Origin: a virus
Lineage: Duplodnaviria > Caudoviricetes
IMG/VR virus record: IMGVR_UViG_3300032330_000878
Span: 1 to 32,413 of that record
Length of the DNA: 32,413 nucleotides
Strand: one strand, 5' to 3'
Shown piece by piece: positions 8,957 to 18,874 of the stretch. Made by a program: the position numbers and the translations under genes. How positions within the stretch are numbered: position 1 is the first letter of the stretch; each line of letters starts with the position of its first letter. The notes beneath the pieces are model-generated. The model made no database searches and was not told the origin of the DNA. It saw only the letters and a program-made list of their open reading frames with translations.

Positions 8957-10198
8957 TTAGAAATCTAATTTAACTTTAATTGCAATCTCTTTATCAAATG
9001 ATTTTTCAACTGGTTTAGAAGTTTTTGCTACTGCTAATAATTCGTTTGAATCATCGTATAAACCGACAGTTGTAATATAAACGTGTGGGTCTTTTTCAAA
9101 TGTTGAATTTACAAATTGACCCGTTGAACCCGTTACAAATGTTGGATTATTTGAGAAATTAAATTCTCTATTATTTGCTCTTACAAAATAATGTGATGTA
9201 GAAACATTTTCAGTTCTTCTTACTTGAAAATCCATACCACCACTAATTGCCATCAATAATGCTACCGACCCTGATTTATTTCCATTATTTTGATGATAAA
9301 TTCCAGATATAGAACCACTTGCTTCACCCAATTTAGAATCAACGGAAGCTGCTAATGCTCTTGGATTTAATAATATAATACCCATATCAGGATAAAATAA
9401 ACCAAAACCTTGTCCGTTTGATGCAGTTGGTGTATTAATAGTTGCGGTTGTAGAAACACCAATATTTAATGAACCACTAACTAAGTTATATACTCTACCT
9501 GCAGTTGTTACATTTTCATCAGTTCCACCACTATCATCAATTAAAGTAATACTTCTAATTGAACCCGATAAATCTATTGAAATATTTCCTGGGTCTAATC
9601 TTTCTTTGTATCTAGCTCTATTGATATTGATTGCGTAGAATGATGTCATATCTGCAGCTCCTGCAGCAGAACCACTATATACGCTGAAGTAGGGGTCTGC
9701 AGAATCTAATAATACGTTTTTATATTGACTATATGTTGCTAAAGAAGGTAAGGTTGATGAATCATCTTGTGTTAAAGTTGGTGCACCATATCCTCTTGCA
9801 TCACCATAAGCAATAGAGAATTGAACCTCAGATGCATCTGATGATGTTAAATTGTTATATACATTTAAATAATACTTACCACTTGTTGACGCAACTTGTG
9901 CTGATGAAGTAAAATTTGCTTTAACATCAAATGAACCTGTATCACCACTCCATATTCCAGAAGTTACAATTTCAGTTCTATTAGTTACTTTATCAATTGC
10001 ACCAAATTTTTTATAAATACCATTTGTAATGGTAGTCATATCTGAACTGATTTGCTCACCAGTTCCTAAAAATTGGTTTACGATACTAACCAATTGGTTT
10101 GTGTCGATTGGAGTTCCTGCGGTGTTTGCGGCACCTGCTAAGTATTGTGATAAATTACTTGCTAAAAGGGCTCCTCTATTGTCTCTTATTACTGCCAT
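8957..10198 (-). CDS. Baseplate / tail-collar-like structural protein (paralog B)
   Basis: C-terminal YITTVGLYDDSNELLAVAKTSKP and EFNFSNNPT match paralog A. Confidence 0.65.
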   Translation of the reverse strand: MAVIRDNRGALLASNLSQYLAGAANTAGTPIDTNQLVSIVNQFLGTGEQISSDMTTITNGIYKKFGAIDKVTNRTEIVTSGIWSGDTGSFDVKANFTSSAQVASTSGKYYLNVYNNLTSSDASEVQFSIAYGDARGYGAPTLTQDDSSTLPSLATYSQYKNVLLDSADPYFSVYSGSAAGAADMTSFYAININRARYKERLDPGNISIDLSGSIRSITLIDDSGGTDENVTTAGRVYNLVSGSLNIGVSTTATINTPTASNGQGFGLFYPDMGIILLNPRALAASVDSKLGEASGSISGIYHQNNGNKSGSVALLMAISGGMDFQVRRTENVSTSHYFVRANNREFNFSNNPTFVTGSTGQFVNSTFEKDPHVYITTVGLYDDSNELLAVAKTSKPVEKSFDKEIAIKVKLDF

Positions 10199-10206
10199 AG
10201 TTTATA

Positions 10207-10830
10207 TTATTGAACGTATGTTACTGTTACTGGAATTGTTTGTGAACCACCCGTTTCATTACCATAGACCGTAATAGTCGTTCTGATAGATGATGTTAAC
10301 GATGGGTTTGGAATAAATTTGAAAGTTAATCCTTTAGAAATAGATGCTGTTGCAGATACATCATCACCTATAAATACAGGTACTGTACCAACATCAGATG
10401 TTACACCTTCTCCCACAATATCACCTGCATTTTTGTTTGATAACACAATAGTATATCCCAAACTTCTGTTACCTGCTGGAGATGTAGTTGGTGATAATGA
10501 TACCTCACCACTTCTTTGATTAACCGAAATGTTAGGAACACCAAACTCAACCACAGGAATACGAGTTGTATTCTTAGGAAGTGTTACTAACTTATATTTC
10601 ATTACTTGAGTTTCATCTGGATTAGCTTCTAATACAGGCATATTTTTAATAGCTGCATCATAATAAGCAGAACCCAATGGATGTGCTGGTTCATAAAGAG
10701 TGTAATCAATTTCATCATCTGCTAATGCAAATTGAGTGATGTTTAATCCTTGCCCAGCTGCTAATTTTTCTCTACCTTTTTTTGTTAAGATAGCGTCAAC
10801 TGTTAATTCGGTATTACTTAAATATCCCAT
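10207..10830 (-). CDS. Baseplate / tail-collar-like structural protein
   Basis: N-terminal AILTKKGREKLAAGQGLNITQFALAD resembles the tail collar-fibre N-terminal motif; beta-rich C-terminus. Confidence 0.6.
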   Translation of the reverse strand: MGYLSNTELTVDAILTKKGREKLAAGQGLNITQFALADDEIDYTLYEPAHPLGSAYYDAAIKNMPVLEANPDETQVMKYKLVTLPKNTTRIPVVEFGVPNISVNQRSGEVSLSPTTSPAGNRSLGYTIVLSNKNAGDIVGEGVTSDVGTVPVFIGDDVSATASISKGLTFKFIPNPSLTSSIRTTITVYGNETGGSQTIPVTVTYVQ

Positions 10831-10849
10831 AATATTATTATTCTTTGTT

Positions 10850-10858
10850 TATAAATAT
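10850..10858 (-). promoter_or_regulatory. Putative phage late promoter motif ATATTTATA
   Basis: Intergenic, 19 nt upstream of ATG 10830. Confidence 0.6.
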
Positions 10859-10876
10859 TATAAATTTAAAATTTCG

Positions 10877-13800
10877 TTATTCTACTTCTAAAATTGGTTC
10901 ACTTGTTCCTCTACCAGTTCTATTTACAGTTAATGTATTTGGATTTGATACAAATGTTTCTATTGGTGATGAACCATCTAATGTAGTTGCCGCCGTATTT
11001 TTACTACCTTTATAGTAAGAATTTATCATACCGGTAGTTAAATCGGAAGTATTTCTATAATGTGTTGGTAAATAACCACTAACCGCTTTTACCGATATTA
11101 TATTACCTTTTACAATAGGTGGTGTTGAGCCTGAAAATGGTTGAATATTTAAAGATGTTTCAGTATAAACGGATGATGTTAAAATCATTCCATCTCTAGG
11201 GTCACCTACTCCATTAATAGAAGTTTTATATTTTACAATTTCTCTTGTCTTTTGTTCGGTTACTAAATTAACTCTAATTCTTTCTTTTTTAACAGAACCA
11301 TCTAAATCAAAATATGTTCTGATTGCTGAGCCGCTTTCTGCGTAAATACCAAATCCAATGTTTTCATAATCAGTTTGACCAACTATGGTATTTGAATTAA
11401 TTAAATCAATTTCAGTAAGTATTGTTGATTCTCCCAATCCTGCATCAATATTAACTTCTTTTTGATAATATTCCGATTCAACCAATAAAGAATCCGATGT
11501 GCCTATTAAAGAGTCATATTGATTATTTTCTGCAGTAATATTATTTATCGATGATGAGTATATTGTTGTTTCATATTGATTATTTTCACCAATTAAATGT
11601 TCAAGTATACCATTATTAATTAAAGCGTCATATTGATTATTTTCACTTGTTAATATTGTTGTATCACCATAACTTATAGTAGTTTCTTGTTGATATTCAT
11701 CTCCCGATGGTTTCTTTTGAGTAACTTTACTTCTTTCTAAAATGTGTGGTTCAATTAATAAACCAGTAGTTGCTTTAACTCTTGCAGGTAACATTTTCTT
11801 AATATCTTCAAACATTGATTTCTCATATAGTTTGATTAAGTTAATGTATGAGTAAATATCTCTACCATCAAATCTTTGGAAATAGTATTCTCTTAAAGAA
11901 TCCAATCTACTATAATTCGGTTTATAACTGTCTGATGGGTCGCCGATATAATTATCCAAATTTAATCCACCCATTGATTTTGCAATATCAATATTCAATT
12001 CTTTTGTAGGAGAAAAGAACAATCCTACTCTATTCGAATCGGTTGGAGATTGGTCAAATGCTTTTTTAGTAGAACGAGTTTTTGAAGAAAGACTTGAAAC
12101 CAATTCTTGTGATTCAAATCTAACTTTATTAGTTGAATATCTACTAGCTCCCATATCAGGTATTTCTAACATAACACTTCTATCAATTACTTCAAATTGA
12201 TATGGATATGTCGGTATTGATGTTGGAAAATATGCAGATGCCGAATATGTTGCATTTGGTGTGTCCGATAATATTGTTGAACCTGATATAATACTTACAC
12301 TTCCATTTTCTAATTGATTTCTATTAATACCATTATTAAAATATATGTTTGTATCAACATTTATTAACGATGATGTTGCATTTAAATTTTTAGGATATTC
12401 AAAATCCAATCTAAAATATAAATCTTCAGTTGAAGATGATATTGTATTACCATTAACCATTTCAGGAAAAGAAACGTGTTCAAAAAACCTATCTCTATCT
12501 AATGGAACAGACCATAAACGAAACTCATCAATAGAACCACTAAATCTTCCTATTTCAATAAAACTACCACTATTAAAAATTCTAGCAGTATTTATATTAA
12601 CCGATTTACTTACACTATTTTGAAAAATCGTTCTCTCTTTGTCCGCCTGTCTTATATTTAATTCAAATATATCATTTACACTTCCGGTTGTTCTAATTGC
12701 TTCAATACCAAAGAAATTACCATTAAATATTGGAACTAAAGATGATGATATTGCATTTGCACCAGAATAATTAAATACAACTTTACCATATGAACTTGAT
12801 ACAGAACTACTTTCTACACCAATACTCCAACCACTTCCTGACACCAAAGATGAACTCATTGGTGATTCTAATTTAACAAAAAATTCTATTGTATCCGATT
12901 TTCTATTTTTATCGGTTTCATTCCAACCTATTTTTAAATAAGAATTTGTAGTAAGTTTCAAAGCAGTTGTAATGTTATCCATTACCAATTTACTCTTTGT
13001 AGTTTCGGTTACTTCTGGTCCTCCAAATTCTAAAATTGAAAGATTTGAAGATGGTATACCATAACATGCCATAATTGCATATATACCTCTTCTTGTACCT
13101 TTGTGTTTTAATAAGTAAGGTAAATTATTTATAATTCTTCTCCAAACTTCTGCGGTTCTTTGTTTAGCAGGATTTAATTCTTTTGTATTACCATTTGAAT
13201 CCAATCCAAATGTATAATTCCAAAGAGTTTCACTTGCAGCCAAATTTTTAGCATCCCAATTAAATGATTTTAATGTATCAAATAATAATTTATCTGATAT
13301 TCCATTTTTTGATTGATACCCAAGTCCTCTACTTTTTTCTATTGATTTTGTATGATAATATATTGAATCAAAGTGGTGACCAATCATTGAAAAGAATAAT
13401 AATAAACTATCGTTTTCTGTATTTGAACTAATGTATTGTGGAATATTATTTTGAATCCAATTTGAATTTTCTATATCAAAATCTTCTGCCAATGTAATTA
13501 TATTATCATACCAATTTGATAATGTCGTTGATGTAGAACTTAATCTGATATTTCCATTATACGGCCATGTAAAAGAATTTGCGGAATTTGATGTATATGA
13601 AGATGAAACATATAGAAACTTTTCAAATCCATCAAATCCTTTAAGTATTTCGTTTTTCTTTACTGATTGTCTATCTCTTTCTTGTTGTGCTGAAAGTGAT
13701 GCAGTATGTGCACTGGTATTATACAATCCTGTATCATATGTTTCTTCAATTAAACTTTCGTATAATTCTATAAGTTTAACTTTATAAACAAAATTATCCA

Positions 13801-16147
13801 CTCTTTCCTTTGCAGAACTAAAATGAACAAAATTATCCCAAATAATTTTTCCATTACTTAAATTTGAACCCGAAACATATTGTATATTTAACTCATCCGT
13901 ATTTATTATAGATGAACTTAAATATGTTGAAACTAATTCGGTTGTAGATGTAGAACCACTTAGTATTAAATTATCTAAAGATTCATAATTGGTTGATTTT
14001 CCACTTACAAAATCCGTTTCAATATTAAAATTTGGGCCTTTTAATGGAGGACAATGTAAATCTGCTTGGTCATTTAATATAACGGTTTCAATAAGAGGAT
14101 TACTCATTAATTTAGTAACCCACAATGTTGAATTTGATGTTATATTAGCCGGTAGTGGTGAATATAATTTTAAAATTATAGATTCAACTTTTTTTGTAAC
14201 AACTACATTACCCAATTCATCTTCACCCTTTTCGGATAAAGTCCAATTATCATAATCCCAAGATGAAACTATTATTTGTTCATTATCTCCAAAATTAACA
14301 AGATGCGTAAGATGCTTACTTTCATATTCGGGTTCAATAAATGTTAATACATCTACAAATGCATCATATACCGATTTTTTAATAGTATCTTCATCCAATT
14401 TTATAGATGGATATGATATTGTTGTAGTTATAGAATATTCATTTCCAATTAATTCTTCTACACCACTTCTATTATATGGTTTAAATATTAAAGTTACATT
14501 ATCATTGCCATTCCATTGAGAAAATCTATTTGCTAAATCTTTTAAATTTATTTTAAAAGAACCATTTGGTGTTAAATTTTGAAATAATCCTACTCTGGTT
14601 TTATCTTTTAAAAGTAAAAAAACATCAATTGAACTAACTGCAAATGAATTATATATTACTTCATAATCAATATTTAAATCCGAAAAAGATGGAACATCTA
14701 TTGAATCTGCAAATATAATTTCGGTAATAGATGGAAAATCATTTATAGCAGTAAATGTTACTAATACTTCCGATTTATCTCCGGTTCCATATAAATCCGA
14801 TACAGGTATTACTGCAATCTTTTTAGTTCCGTATATTTCTTTAAAATCTTTTTGAAAATATAAAGTTACTTGTTTATCACTAGCCGGGACCTTTATTACT
14901 ACATCTTCCGAAATATAAACCAATACATTATCCGCATTGGATGTTGTAAATTGAATATAAACAGGTTTTTCTGTATCGGAATCTTTTATTTGAACATCAT
15001 ATTTGGTTTGTAAAAGATTAATTTGCGGTTTTGCAACTTGTATTTCTTTTTCAAATATTGCCGTTAAATAAATACCATTACCCAATTCTTTACCACTTAT
15101 AGTAAATTCAGTATTACTATTATTCCATTTTGAAAAATCACTATTTATTGTATTTTTAGCAACATCAATATTTGCATAATATACATTTTTGTATGTATAT
15201 TGTGTTGGTAAGTTTCCTATAATTTTTACTCTTACAGATGATTTTTCTAATACCGATTTCTTTAATTTTTTATTATCAGTATTACCAGCAGATAAATTTA
15301 TTAAATCTTTATCTAATATATTACCCGATTCGTCAAATATTTCATATGAAAGTTTTAAATAATCATTTAACTCTCCATTTAAATTTGTTGTAAATCCAAT
15401 TTCATAACTTACATTAGAATCAATTATTTCAATAGGTGTAACATCCGCTGCTTTAACATTTGATTTAAACTTAAACTCCAAACTTATTGTTCCAGATGTT
15501 GAATCTAAACTTCTAGGTGTTACTACCCAATCTCCATCCGAATTTAAATTATATTCATTTATATTAATAACTTCGGTATAAAGTTGTTCATTTCTAGTTA
15601 ACGTTGGTGTATAATTATAATTCCAATTATATAGTGTATTTGTATTATTAAATGTTGATAAACCACTAAATCCGGTGTTACCACCCATACCACCAAAAAT
15701 TGATGAATATGGATTTATATTTAAATCAAAATTAACTTTTAATGGTTCTATATTTTGTATAGGTTGGTATTTCTTTTCTACATTTACAATAAAATAATTT
15801 GTAGAAATTTTGTTTGCTAAATTAGCTTTATACGTTTTACTATTACCAAATGTTAAAGATGGTGTATAAACCAACGTTTGAGTTCCACCTATACCAACGT
15901 TTATATCATTTTCTAAAAATTCAACTGCTTCTGAAGCAATTAAATTTATTTTTAAGCTACCCAAATCATTTTGTGTATATACGGGTGGCACAAATGTGGG
16001 GTTTGGTTCAACTGGAGGAGTATATCCACCACCGCCACCACCTGTATTAAGTGGTGGATATGCTTCATATATACCACCATCGTAAGCAGGATTTATAGGT
16101 TTACCACCAAATCCATTGTCGAATAAATCATCTTTTACTGATTGCAC
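10877..16147 (-). CDS. Large baseplate wedge protein (T4 gp7 / P2 gpI-like core) with LamG/ConA-like domain
   Basis: LPYLLKHKGTRRGIYAIMACYG resembles the gpI/gp7-type KGT motif; FSGSIDEFRLWSVPL is a LamG-type terminal motif; IKKMLPARV; same module as gp6 and gp25. Confidence 0.65.
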   Translation of the reverse strand: MQSVKDDLFDNGFGGKPINPAYDGGIYEAYPPLNTGGGGGGYTPPVEPNPTFVPPVYTQNDLGSLKINLIASEAVEFLENDINVGIGGTQTLVYTPSLTFGNSKTYKANLANKISTNYFIVNVEKKYQPIQNIEPLKVNFDLNINPYSSIFGGMGGNTGFSGLSTFNNTNTLYNWNYNYTPTLTRNEQLYTEVININEYNLNSDGDWVVTPRSLDSTSGTISLEFKFKSNVKAADVTPIEIIDSNVSYEIGFTTNLNGELNDYLKLSYEIFDESGNILDKDLINLSAGNTDNKKLKKSVLEKSSVRVKIIGNLPTQYTYKNVYYANIDVAKNTINSDFSKWNNSNTEFTISGKELGNGIYLTAIFEKEIQVAKPQINLLQTKYDVQIKDSDTEKPVYIQFTTSNADNVLVYISEDVVIKVPASDKQVTLYFQKDFKEIYGTKKIAVIPVSDLYGTGDKSEVLVTFTAINDFPSITEIIFADSIDVPSFSDLNIDYEVIYNSFAVSSIDVFLLLKDKTRVGLFQNLTPNGSFKINLKDLANRFSQWNGNDNVTLIFKPYNRSGVEELIGNEYSITTTISYPSIKLDEDTIKKSVYDAFVDVLTFIEPEYESKHLTHLVNFGDNEQIIVSSWDYDNWTLSEKGEDELGNVVVTKKVESIILKLYSPLPANITSNSTLWVTKLMSNPLIETVILNDQADLHCPPLKGPNFNIETDFVSGKSTNYESLDNLILSGSTSTTELVSTYLSSSIINTDELNIQYVSGSNLSNGKIIWDNFVHFSSAKERVDNFVYKVKLIELYESLIEETYDTGLYNTSAHTASLSAQQERDRQSVKKNEILKGFDGFEKFLYVSSSYTSNSANSFTWPYNGNIRLSSTSTTLSNWYDNIITLAEDFDIENSNWIQNNIPQYISSNTENDSLLLFFSMIGHHFDSIYYHTKSIEKSRGLGYQSKNGISDKLLFDTLKSFNWDAKNLAASETLWNYTFGLDSNGNTKELNPAKQRTAEVWRRIINNLPYLLKHKGTRRGIYAIMACYGIPSSNLSILEFGGPEVTETTKSKLVMDNITTALKLTTNSYLKIGWNETDKNRKSDTIEFFVKLESPMSSSLVSGSGWSIGVESSSVSSSYGKVVFNYSGANAISSSLVPIFNGNFFGIEAIRTTGSVNDIFELNIRQADKERTIFQNSVSKSVNINTARIFNSGSFIEIGRFSGSIDEFRLWSVPLDRDRFFEHVSFPEMVNGNTISSSTEDLYFRLDFEYPKNLNATSSLINVDTNIYFNNGINRNQLENGSVSIISGSTILSDTPNATYSASAYFPTSIPTYPYQFEVIDRSVMLEIPDMGASRYSTNKVRFESQELVSSLSSKTRSTKKAFDQSPTDSNRVGLFFSPTKELNIDIAKSMGGLNLDNYIGDPSDSYKPNYSRLDSLREYYFQRFDGRDIYSYINLIKLYEKSMFEDIKKMLPARVKATTGLLIEPHILERSKVTQKKPSGDEYQQETTISYGDTTILTSENNQYDALINNGILEHLIGENNQYETTIYSSSINNITAENNQYDSLIGTSDSLLVESEYYQKEVNIDAGLGESTILTEIDLINSNTIVGQTDYENIGFGIYAESGSAIRTYFDLDGSVKKERIRVNLVTEQKTREIVKYKTSINGVGDPRDGMILTSSVYTETSLNIQPFSGSTPPIVKGNIISVKAVSGYLPTHYRNTSDLTTGMINSYYKGSKNTAATTLDGSSPIETFVSNPNTLTVNRTGRGTSEPILEVE

Positions 16148-16161
16148 TCTTTATTATTTTA

Positions 16162-16170
16162 TATAAATAT
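16162..16170 (-). promoter_or_regulatory. Putative phage late promoter motif ATATTTATA
   Basis: Intergenic, 14 nt upstream of GTG 16147. Confidence 0.6.
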
Positions 16171-16183
16171 TTTTTATTTAAAT

Positions 16184-17728
16184 TTACCTCATAGCTCTTT
16201 CATCTGGTGCCATACCAAATACTCTACTATTATTATATTCCAATGATTGTGTATCAAACTGTCCACCACCCCCTCCTCCACCTACGGATGGTTGATAAGT
16301 CGGTGCGTCTTGACTAATATCAATTGCATTACATGGACTGCCTTTTATTATTTTTAAACCAGTTGGTAATGAATCATTTGCTTTATTAAACAATGAACCA
16401 AACCAATTTGAATTTTCAAATGATTTATTATTATTTGAAATACTATTTTCTCTTGCACAAATGGTAATTTCTTTACCAAATGGTATTGTTTTTTGCACTT
16501 CATTACCAGCAGCGTCTATAAATTTAACAACACTTACACCATTAAATGGACTATTATCTTTTAAAGTATATTCAAATGTTGGATATGTTGGTGTTACCAC
16601 AACTTCAACGGGTGGTGGTGTTACAACAATTTCTATTGGAGCCGGGTCCATTATTTTAATTATTTCAACCGGCGGTGTAGAAAAAATTGGTGTCTCACCA
16701 ACATTATCATTTAATACAATATCAACTTTATCGGGTTGATATACGTTTCTTTTTATAGTTGATGGTGTTGTAAATGAATCTAAAGTATTTTTTATTTCTT
16801 TTCTTAACTCAGTTACAGCAAATTCTTTTGGTAATTGTTTAATACTAATACTTCTTCTTTTTAAACTTCTTAAATTATAATCTATACAATTATATAATAT
16901 ATTTTTAATAGTGTCGGTGAGTGTTTGAAAATCATAATGGTCACAATCAATAAATCTAATTTCTGATGGTTTACCAAATGTAGAATCACTTACTTCATAA
17001 TATTTGTTAGTCAAATAATATGTTACCGATAATTTAAAATCTTCGTAAATTCTTTTTCTAATATCATCAAATTTACTTAATCCAAAATCTTTTCTTAATA
17101 CACTAAAAAAATCTTTACCATATTTTGTTTCTAATGTTGAATTTATCGTATCTAAAAAATTACCTTCAAATGAATTTATTGAATTTAATATTGATTTTTT
17201 GTAATATTTAAAATCTTTTCTTAAATCTCCTAAATTATTAAACTCAATAGTAGTTTGTTCATTTATTTTGGAATTTTTTGTTTTTAATGGTAAAATACGA
17301 ATTTCTTCTCTTGATGGTGATATTTCGTGAATCCAAACTCTAGTCGATTCATTTTCAGTTCCAATTTTATATCTTACAAAATTTAAATTTACTTTAAGAA
17401 TACCATTAGTAAATCCCAAATCATTTAAAAGTTTTTCAACATCAATTGCAAGTTCTTTCTGGCCACCCTTATTTGTAAGATTATATAAATAATTTTTAAT
17501 ATCACCGGTTTTTATATAAGCCACATTATTACCCGATTTATGTGGTAGTAAGTTATTGTTTACATCATATACGGATACTTCCATAACATCATACTTACAA
17601 TCACCAAAATCTGTTTCTTCTATTTCCGTTTTTGAAACAATAAATAAATCATCCGATTCTAAATATTGACCTTGATTATCGGTTTTATTATTTATTGCAT
17701 CAATATTTGTATATTTTTTAATACTCAT
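16184..17728 (-). CDS. Hypothetical structural protein with Pro/Val-rich linker
   Basis: 514-aa ORF in the baseplate operon; PPVEII / PAPIEIVVTPPPVEVVVTPT segment and poly-Gly near the C-terminus. Confidence 0.7.
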   Translation of the reverse strand: MSIKKYTNIDAINNKTDNQGQYLESDDLFIVSKTEIEETDFGDCKYDVMEVSVYDVNNNLLPHKSGNNVAYIKTGDIKNYLYNLTNKGGQKELAIDVEKLLNDLGFTNGILKVNLNFVRYKIGTENESTRVWIHEISPSREEIRILPLKTKNSKINEQTTIEFNNLGDLRKDFKYYKKSILNSINSFEGNFLDTINSTLETKYGKDFFSVLRKDFGLSKFDDIRKRIYEDFKLSVTYYLTNKYYEVSDSTFGKPSEIRFIDCDHYDFQTLTDTIKNILYNCIDYNLRSLKRRSISIKQLPKEFAVTELRKEIKNTLDSFTTPSTIKRNVYQPDKVDIVLNDNVGETPIFSTPPVEIIKIMDPAPIEIVVTPPPVEVVVTPTYPTFEYTLKDNSPFNGVSVVKFIDAAGNEVQKTIPFGKEITICARENSISNNNKSFENSNWFGSLFNKANDSLPTGLKIIKGSPCNAIDISQDAPTYQPSVGGGGGGGQFDTQSLEYNNSRVFGMAPDERAMR

Positions 17729-17739
17729 AATTTATTTAA

Positions 17740-18873
17740 TTAATATGAACTTGGATGCATTTTATCAAATTCAGCTGGATATGTTTTTTCTTTTTCGCTG
17801 CCATCACTTCTTTTTACAGACACTTTCATTCCACCCCCTTTATAATTTGCAGAATGTGAATAAGATTTACCACCCTTACTATCAACATTTGCAGCTGCAG
17901 CTTCATTTATATTTAATTTAATTTCTTGCTGTGCACCTGCTGCCAATTCAAATGATGTCTGTGCAGGGTAAAACCATTGTATTCCTTGAGTTGCGTTCGT
18001 TGTTATTGTAATTGTTACCGATTGTTTATCATTATTTGTAAAATTAATAGATTCACCATTAACCCATTTATTTCCACCTTTTGCGTTTATTTTTCCACAG
18101 ATAACCGATTTATCTTTATCTTCTTTTTTTGATAATTTTGCAATTACAACATCATTAACAACATCCGCACCTGCTGCCATAGCTTGTGCCTGTGTTCCTT
18201 GTTGGATTGCCTGTTGTTGTTGAACTGCACCCAATTGAGATTGTAAACCTTCAATAATTGAATTTAATGAATCAATTTGTTTAATCAATGCTTTAATTTG
18301 AGCTTGGAATCCTGTATTTTGTGATTGTAAAGATGCTCTTAATATGGATTCATCAACCGATTTTTGTAACGATGTTGATATTTGTGTAGCAAAATCAGTT
18401 ATAGTTCCAGTTGTTGTATTTAATTGATTAACTAATAAATCATTTATTTGTTCTAATACTAATTTTTCATTTGTTAAATTTGTAACTTGTGCTTCTAATT
18501 CATTAATTATTGATGTTAACTCTATTTGAATTAAATTCAATCTTTCAACTTCTCTTCTTAAATCTTCTACTTTTTGAACTTCTTCATCGTATAATGGTTT
18601 AGGAACTAAATCTTTTTTTGGTTTTGGAATATTTGGCATTAATTCTTTTACGTTAACATCTATCGCTTTAATTAATTCTTCTTCATCCATTTTCATTTTT
18701 GTCAATGGTTTGAATAATAAAGAAGAGGCCACATTTGTATCTTCTACAACCGTTATACCATATTCGTTTTTAGCAATAGCAGACGAACCTGATATACTTA
18801 ATATTGATTCTAATTCAGTATCTCTTTTTTCTTTTAATTTTTCTGCTATTACTTCTAATGATGTTAATGCCAT
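17740..18873 (-). CDS. Coiled-coil structural protein with C-terminal beta (Ig-like) domain
   Basis: Long heptad region (VQKVEDLRREVERL...LQSQLG) followed by a beta-rich domain. Confidence 0.65.
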   Translation of the reverse strand: MALTSLEVIAEKLKEKRDTELESILSISGSSAIAKNEYGITVVEDTNVASSLLFKPLTKMKMDEEELIKAIDVNVKELMPNIPKPKKDLVPKPLYDEEVQKVEDLRREVERLNLIQIELTSIINELEAQVTNLTNEKLVLEQINDLLVNQLNTTTGTITDFATQISTSLQKSVDESILRASLQSQNTGFQAQIKALIKQIDSLNSIIEGLQSQLGAVQQQQAIQQGTQAQAMAAGADVVNDVVIAKLSKKEDKDKSVICGKINAKGGNKWVNGESINFTNNDKQSVTITITTNATQGIQWFYPAQTSFELAAGAQQEIKLNINEAAAANVDSKGGKSYSHSANYKGGGMKVSVKRSDGSEKEKTYPAEFDKMHPSSY

Positions 18874-18874
18874 T

